This document shows, piece after piece, positions 57,228 to 64,000 of a stretch of DNA of 64,000 nt. Every line of letters starts with the position of its first letter. Within the stretch, counting starts at the first letter, position 1. The position numbers and the translations under genes are program-made. The DNA lies in NCBI GenBank assembly GCA_033442325.1, contig JAWQFM010000011.1, forward strand, positions 517,131-581,130, given 5' to 3'. Below the pieces are notes generated by a model. That model was given only the letters and a program-made list of their open reading frames with translations, was not told the origin of the DNA and searched no databases. The stretch is from Salpingoeca rosetta. Its lineage: Eukaryota > Protista > Choanoflagellata.

Positions 57228-57902
57228 TGCAGCACAAGCTACACCCTGGTTGGTGCAGCAGACACGTGTCCTGTATGTCGTTCGTTGTTCTTGGGGGTCA
57301 CAGCTTCGTATTTTCGAGAGTGAGCGCCCTTCTCCGGTTGTTTGCTTGGCTGCAGACGTTTTGTCTTCGTTTCTGTAGTCTGTCCTCCCTCCCCCCCCCC
57401 TTCTTCAGGTGTTTCTTCTCTTCCTGCTTCGGCGCCTGTTTGTGTGTCCGTTCGCACAACTTGTGTACGAAACACTCTCTGCGCTTACCCGATGCGAGCA
57501 GGCAGGGCCTTGTGTCAAGTAGGGTTTTAGTTGAATCGTTCCCTTGTGTGCTACACTCTGCCAGCCTTACCAGGCTCTCGTGCATCCGCTGGCATTCCCT
57601 TTCTCGCCCCCTTTGCCACGTTGGGTTTGGTTCGGCCCTTGTCTGTTGCGCCCGAGAATGTCGATGTTCTCGTGAACGACACAAATGAGTGGGCGTTACA
57701 TGTGCTGATCCTCCTCCTCCTCCTCCTCCTCCTCTGTGTACCCAACTACCCCCCTCCCCTTTGGCTTATTTTTCTTCTTCTTCGTCGCTCAATCTCAGGA
57801 CGGGCTAGGCATTCTGTTCTTTTGTCTTCTGCTCTTTTGCTGTGGTTTGCTCTTGGGCCTTGGTGCTTTGCTGTGATGCAATGATTCCAGCACCGAGACA
57901 CA

Positions 57903-57939
<37 letters not shown>

Positions 57940-58470
57940 GTGCTCATGTTCACTTGGACCGCCATAGGTGGTTGGCTGCGTGATATCGTTATGTATTTCC
58001 TTTGATTTTTTTTCGTGCAACGTTTGTTCGCATGCGGGCGTGTTGTGTGAGCAATGGGCCTGCTATTGTATAGGCTGTTGTTTGCGGTTCCCATTGCTCT
58101 TGTTCGTGCACGCCTTGCCCCCCTTTCCCCCCTTTCCCTTGTCTGAAGGTGTCTGATTCCTGTTGCATGAGACATGTAACTAAACGTACGACTGCATTGA
58201 GCTGCATTGAGCTGCATTGAGCCCTTGTTTTCCATCTGCACCAACAAGAGGCGCAACTTGTGTGTGCATGTGAGGGTCTCGAGGCATGCCGTGCTGCTGC
58301 CGTTGTTGTTTGGAGCGGGAGTGTGGCTGCGCTTGAGACAGAAAAGCAGAAAGGCAGAACGCAGCGAAGCGCTGGTGCTTTTGCTCGTCACGTGGCTGAA
58401 TTCAGTTTCGGCGGTTATCAAGCACCATCCAAGCAAGCAAGCTTGCAAGGCATCCGCTTCTTCCCACCCC

Positions 58471-58575
<105 letters not shown>

Positions 58576-58593
58576 CTGACAAGGCGTGAAACG

Positions 58594-59283
58594 ATGGCGT
58601 TTGACTTGAGTGTGTTGCCTGACTTGACGCTGCCGGACCGCTTTAAGCACACGGCGAGTGATCTGAGCCGCGATGTCAAGTGGCAGGTGCGCAACGACGC
58701 GCTGGCGCGCCTGGACGCCGTGGACCCCATCCTCAGGCACGTGCTGGAGGTGAAGGTTGTTCGCAACCAGCGCCGAAACTTCCTCAACCTGCGCGTGCGG
58801 CAAGACTACGCCACGCTCATCTTCCAGCACCCGGGTGCAGACAACGTGCGCTACTGCTTCTTCATTTCGGACAAGCTCGAGCCGTTCATCACCATCACCG
58901 TCCTCTCGCCGGACGAGGGCAAGCTGGGGCGGCTGACCGCGCAGCAGGTGGTGGAGCTGGAGGAAGGCATCACCCGCTTCAAGACGCGCTTTGGCATTGT
59001 GGGCGAGTCATACCATTACACGCCGCTGCAGGAGAGGCGCGAAACGGACGAGTTTGTGCGACAGACGTCGGTCGACAGGGCCAGCAAGGCGCACTCGACG
59101 CACTTCCACCTCAAGATGCGCATTGCAACGGAGATGTACAAGGACAAGTTCCCCGTGCTGCAGCTGATGAACTTTGACAGCATGCGTCGAACGCTGGACC
59201 ACATCAAATACAACTACAGCCGAACCACCGTACCGTGGGACCGTGTCAAGGCGCAGATCCAACACGACGCCATTCCAGAATGA
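58594..59283 (+). CDS. Intronless 229-aa globular protein, possibly HIT-like
   Basis: Strong coding bias and no low complexity; contains YHYTP..HSTHFHLKM. Function not recognised. Confidence 0.8.
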   Translation: MAFDLSVLPDLTLPDRFKHTASDLSRDVKWQVRNDALARLDAVDPILRHVLEVKVVRNQRRNFLNLRVRQDYATLIFQHPGADNVRYCFFISDKLEPFITITVLSPDEGKLGRLTAQQVVELEEGITRFKTRFGIVGESYHYTPLQERRETDEFVRQTSVDRASKAHSTHFHLKMRIATEMYKDKFPVLQLMNFDSMRRTLDHIKYNYSRTTVPWDRVKAQIQHDAIPE

Positions 59284-59303
59284 ACCCCCGCTTAGGTTGT
59301 GTC

Positions 59304-59361
<58 letters not shown>

Positions 59362-59884
59362 GTGTGTGAGCAAAGTGGTGTAAACATGGTGTGTGAGATT
59401 GTGCAAGTCCAAGTGCAAGTCCAAGTGTAAGTCCAGTATGCACGTCCAACTGTGAGTTCCATATTCGCACGCGTTGATTCGTTTGCCTGTTCATCTGCTC
59501 GTGCGTCGACACAGCACAGACCCCGTTCATTCCCATCCTGTTTTGCCTGCCCATCATGAGGTGTTGCTGATTGCTGTCCAGTACTGCTTGTCGTTGTTTA
59601 TTTGAGTACTGGGGTGCGCGTTCATGTGTGTGCTGTGACAAGAACACGTGTGCAGAGTGTGTCGTTGCTTGTGTTGGTGGTGGCGTTGTTGGTGTCAGTG
59701 GGGACGGTGACAAGTGACACATATTCGACAAGGAGTTCCATAAACAAGTTGCATTCAGCAATACGCAGTCAGCCCACATGACCTGTGTTTTAAACCCTTG
59801 TCGGCAGCTAAATGTTACGCACACGCACACATGTACACACACGCATACACACACGCACACATGTACACACACGCACACACACGG

Positions 59885-61549
59885 CTAGAGTGCAGGTCCG
59901 AGGGTGCGTGTGAAGAACGTCTTTGGCGCGTCATGGCGTGGTTTGCGTTCAGGGAGCGCATAGTGGCGACGTCCCTGCTCCATATACGCCAGCGGAGACG
60001 ATGTTGTGGTGGTGCCGGCTGCTGCCACTCCTGCTGCTGCCAACGATGACGATGACGATGATGGCACTGTTGCTGTTGCCACCCTCTTTGGTGTGGTATT
60101 TACTGGTGGTGATGTTGCTGCTGTTGCTGCTGCTCTCATTGACATCCGCCCTCCACTGCCCCTCACCTCTGGTCGTGGCCACTGATGCTGCTGCTGGGTC
60201 GGATTCGGCGTGTTTGCTGAATGCTCTTCGCCAACGCCCACTCCAGCTCCGTGCACCACATCACCCTGCCGACAACTGTGCCCATCATCACCACCACCAC
60301 GGGTGACATCCACTGCGTCCCAGTCAAACACCGGCTTCTGCTTCCTATCCACCCCATCGCCAGCACGTGGAATATGCGTTGCGCGAGGCGATGGCACAGT
60401 GAATGCCGACCTTGCATGCGTGTGTGGTCGCGTTGGCGTTGATGGGTATGACGAGTCGAAAGCGTTGGCAATCATAGTGGTCGTAGCGGTGGTGGTGGTG
60501 TTGGGGGTGGCATTGGCATTAGAATTGGAATTGGCGTTGGTGTTGGGGGTGCCTGCTGGCCGCCGTCCCAGGAGCGATGCCACGAGCGGGCTGCCTTGTC
60601 GTGACCGCACCAACGGCGACGACAACAGCCGCAGTGGTGTCCCTCTGGCTCCACCACCAACACCACCACCGCCACTGGCTGCAACGCGGCGCTGGCGCAT
60701 GGCCTGAGCGCTCTCCACGGAGGCCTGGTATCTGCGTATGCTGTCGTTCTGAGAAGGCGACGGCGAACAAGGCGTGCCCGCTTCCACGCGTGCACTCATC
60801 ACACTCCTGTTCGCCACGCTGCCTCCATCGTATGTGCGGGCGCCACCATTCCCAGAGATGCGACTGCTGTCACCACCACCATGATCATGACGATGATCAC
60901 CACCACCACCACCACCACCACCACCACCACCATCCCTGCCGATCTCACGCGCGTGTCCAGCGTCAACACGGCGCAGGGAAGAGGGCACGCGTGGGGATGC
61001 GAGGCGGGAGGCGGCGGCAGACTGGCGCTGGTGCAGCTCGGAGATAAGCGACTGCTGGTGGTGTAGGACAGCGACCGAGGGGCTGTGCAGTGGGCTGCGG
61101 TCACCCACGTCCTGGGCAATGCGGCGGCGTGGCACGAGGTTGCTCCAGTGCCACAGGCGCGTGGGTATCCATGCAACAGCAAGCACCACCACGCTGGCCA
61201 CAAACACGCGTGTGATGGGGGGCGGGGTGCTCGGGTGCACGGCCGAGTTCTCCGCGGGCGAGAAGAGGAGGAGGAGGGCACACACGAGTGCATATGTGAC
61301 GGTGCGCACACCGTAGTACTGCTGGGGTTGCACTAGCTGCTTGTGGCCATCGGGCGAACGCACGTCCCAATACACCATGGCCACCAGGTAGCACCACCAC
61401 ATTGGCAGCCGCGCCAGCTCATGTTGCTGTTGGTGTTGCTGGTGCTGGCGCCACTGGTGGTGCTTGTGTTGCGGAGTGGCGCCGTTATGTGGGGCCGCGT
61501 ACTTCTGTACCCGACTATGTGCCGACTCGTCAACGTCACGCTCTGTGGT

Positions 61550-61613
<64 letters not shown>

Positions 61614-63118
61614 GCATCATCATCATCATCATTATCGCGACTACTGCTATGCCTTCCATGTCCATCACCATCCTCACCACCACTCTCAACAATGCCACCC
61701 ATGCTACTCTCCACCTCTTCCTCCCTCGCGCCCCCTTGGTGTTGGTGCAGCCGCTGCTGCAGCTGCTGCATGAGCTGGTCGTGCCCAAACGAGAGGCGGC
61801 GCATGGGCGGGCGACGCCGACCATGGCGATGGCGTGGCGACCGCAGCGACAATGGCGATGCCAGTGCATGTGGAGAGGGCGGCACTCGTGCTGCGAGCGG
61901 TGACAACGGCGATGATGCTGTGGTTGTTGCTGTTGCGGTTGTTGTTGTTGTTGGTTGATGGGAGTAGGCGGACGCTAGCGGAGACGATGATGGTGGTGGT
62001 GGTGGTGCTGTTGTGGGACGTGATGTCAATGGAGTTGTGGGTGTGTCAGCGACAGTCCTGTGAGCGCTGCTGCGACAGCAGCGGTAGACGGTTCGCACAA
62101 AGGGCAGCGTTGGAATGAGGTGCACGGCGATGACGCTGATAGCGAGGCGCCATGGAAGGAAGACGAGGATTGTGGCGAGGGAGACGATGGCTGACAATTC
62201 GGAGTAGCGCAGCACATACAGGGCGATGCGACGGGAGAGCGGGAGGCGACCCATTACCATGATCTTGGCGAGCGTCTGCCCGCCTTCGTACGCAACCACC
62301 GCTGCCACGATGGAGTACAGGGAGAAGGCCAGCGAGAGGTAAGGCAGGAGGTGGCGCAGGGTGTGGGAGTTGCTGTTCTGCTGCGGCGACGCCACCGGCG
62401 AGGCTGGCAGCGAGAGCAACACGCACTGGCACAGCAAGACAGGAAGTGCCTTTGCCAGCGCATCAAACGCAAGCACGTCAGCTCGCAGCGAGTATGGGTT
62501 GAGCGCCCCGAAGGACGACGTCGTTGACAGGGCACGGGAGGAGGAGGAGGACGACGACCACGACGACGACGAGGCAATAGACGAGCGGGACGGCGCTGCA
62601 GTGGGGGCTGCGGTGGAAGCAGACGTCAGGGCAGTGTACAAGTCCAAGACACTGTGCAAGCGCAGCGCCACGAGGCATTGGCGAAGCGACAAGGCCTGGT
62701 GCAGCAGCGTCCACGGCCTGCGCTGTTGTTGGTGTCGTTGCCGTGATGGTGACGGCCTTGCAGGGGATGCAAGTCGGTCGAGCTGTTGTCGTCGCTTTGG
62801 TGCAACGGTGGTGACGGCAGGTGGCAGCAGCAGTGCCTGTGCAATGCCCGCCGCCACAGCTATCGTCGTACACAAGCACGACAGCGCGCATGCCATTTGT
62901 TGCTGTTGTCCATCATTGTTGTTGTTGTCGATGCTGTTGTTGTTGTCGATGTTGTTGTTGTCGATGATGTTGTCGATGATGTTGTCGGCGTCGGCCTGCG
63001 ACCAAAGGGAGGACAAGCAGCACGAGGAGCACGTTGCTGCGTGCCCAATGTCTGTCACCACATCCACAACACACAGCACCAGCAACACCACCACGACCAC
63101 CACTCGACTGCGCAGCAT
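59885..63118 (-). CDS. XK-related (XKR scramblase family) multi-pass membrane protein with large low-complexity insertions, intronless
   Basis: TM1 ends in DVVTD (XK: DVxTD), followed by DALAKALPVLLCQC (XK: EAFLESxPQLxLQ), SLAFSLYSIVAAVVAY, LRYSELSAIVSL and further TM segments in XK order. The ORF is firm; the family call is moderate. Confidence 0.65.
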
Positions 63119-63212
63119 CACTGTTGTTGTTGAGACACACGACACTGTTGTGTTGATTGGCGTTTGCAGTGTTGGCGGCAAACAGAAAACGGTTTCCAAC
63201 AGCACAATTTTC

Positions 63213-63220
63213 TTTGGCGC
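63213..63220 (+). promoter_or_regulatory. E2F consensus site in the XKR/RFC2 divergent promoter
   Basis: TTTGGCGC matches TTTSSCGC and lies about 220 bp upstream of the RFC2 ATG. Confidence 0.45.
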
Positions 63221-63347
63221 CACAACAGTCGCAAATCGCGCAGACACGACCACCACTGACTGTGACCGCGACTGGGTGCGCACCACCCTCGGCTGCTTCA
63301 CCACCACTACCACTACCACACACACACACACACACACACGCACACAC

Positions 63348-63435
<88 letters not shown>

Positions 63436-63436
63436 C

Positions 63437-63860
63437 ATGGAGACGCCGTGGGTTGAGAAGTACCGGCCAAAGGTGCTGAAGGACATCGTGGGAAACGAGG
63501 AGACTGTGGATCGACTCAAAGTGATTGCAGAGGCCGGAAACATGCCAAACCTCATCATCGCAGTGCGTTTGTTTTGTGGATGCATGTGGATGCGTGCATG
63601 TGTATGTGTGTGTGTGTGCATGTCGATGGGACAACACAAGGCGCACTCCACACGCTGATGCAGCAAACACACACACACACTCACACACACATTTACACAC
63701 ATTTACACACGCTTATTTCCACCTGTGATTTGGCTGGCTGTATTGCGCAGGGGCCTCCGGGAACCGGAAAGACTACAAGCATCCTCTGCCTGGCACGAGC
63801 GCTCCTGGGTGAAGACGTGTACAAGGAGGCCGTCATGGAAACCAACGCATCAGACGATCG
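63437..63860 (+). CDS. RFC2: Replication factor C small subunit (human RFC2/yeast Rfc4), first two exons; continues beyond the window
   Basis: [29 protein letters not shown]|[26 protein letters not shown]. Exons 63437-63562 and 63751-63860. Confidence 0.96.
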
Positions 63861-63874
63861 GTGTGTGTGTGTGT

Positions 63875-63913
<39 letters not shown>

Positions 63914-64000
63914 TGTCTGTTTGTATGTTTGTGTGCGTCTCTCTGTCTCTCTGCCTCGCTCCCTGCCTCTCTCTGTCTCTCCTCTCCATCTCTCTCTGTC

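Noticed and set aside
60346-60360. DGVD in the XK-like tail as a conserved caspase-3 site
   Set aside because: It is followed by Arg rather than a small residue, lies in a long disordered tail where such words arise by chance, and the probable host lacks canonical caspases.

Overview
Gene-dense, intron-rich eukaryotic DNA. Introns are filled with (CA)n/(TG)n microsatellites, exons are rich in polyQ/polyD, and there are three 100-N assembly gaps. This style suggests a choanoflagellate such as Salpingoeca rosetta (inference; cannot be proven from the sequence). Most ORF-track entries are microsatellite or antisense noise, so genes were rebuilt by hand from GT..AG junctions and reading phase. 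In order: 3' end of an unknown gene; a very large FMN/Cappuccino-type formin with a ZZ-like finger; a HAX1-like protein; a NOX/ferric-reductase dehydrogenase module with no heme domain; copine; RAD18; FMO; an IDH/IPMDH-family dehydrogenase; beta-tubulin; PNO1; membrane-anchored PhoD; a tandem-DCX protein; TMEM209; a ~1,100-aa polyQ protein; an intronless HIT-like protein; an XK-related protein; and the start of RFC2. Top finding: when its small exons are joined, the polyQ protein ends in a double C4 zinc finger whose second finger has exact nuclear-receptor spacing (C-x5-C-x9-C-x2-C-R-x2-K), although nuclear receptors are regarded as animal-specific. Its ~3 kb upstream region holds a cluster of RGGTCA half-sites and a ~350-nt highly structured element. 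Also notable: a domain inside the formin resembling the C-terminus of giant-virus D5 primase-helicases, and a possible in-frame copine-to-NOX splice.
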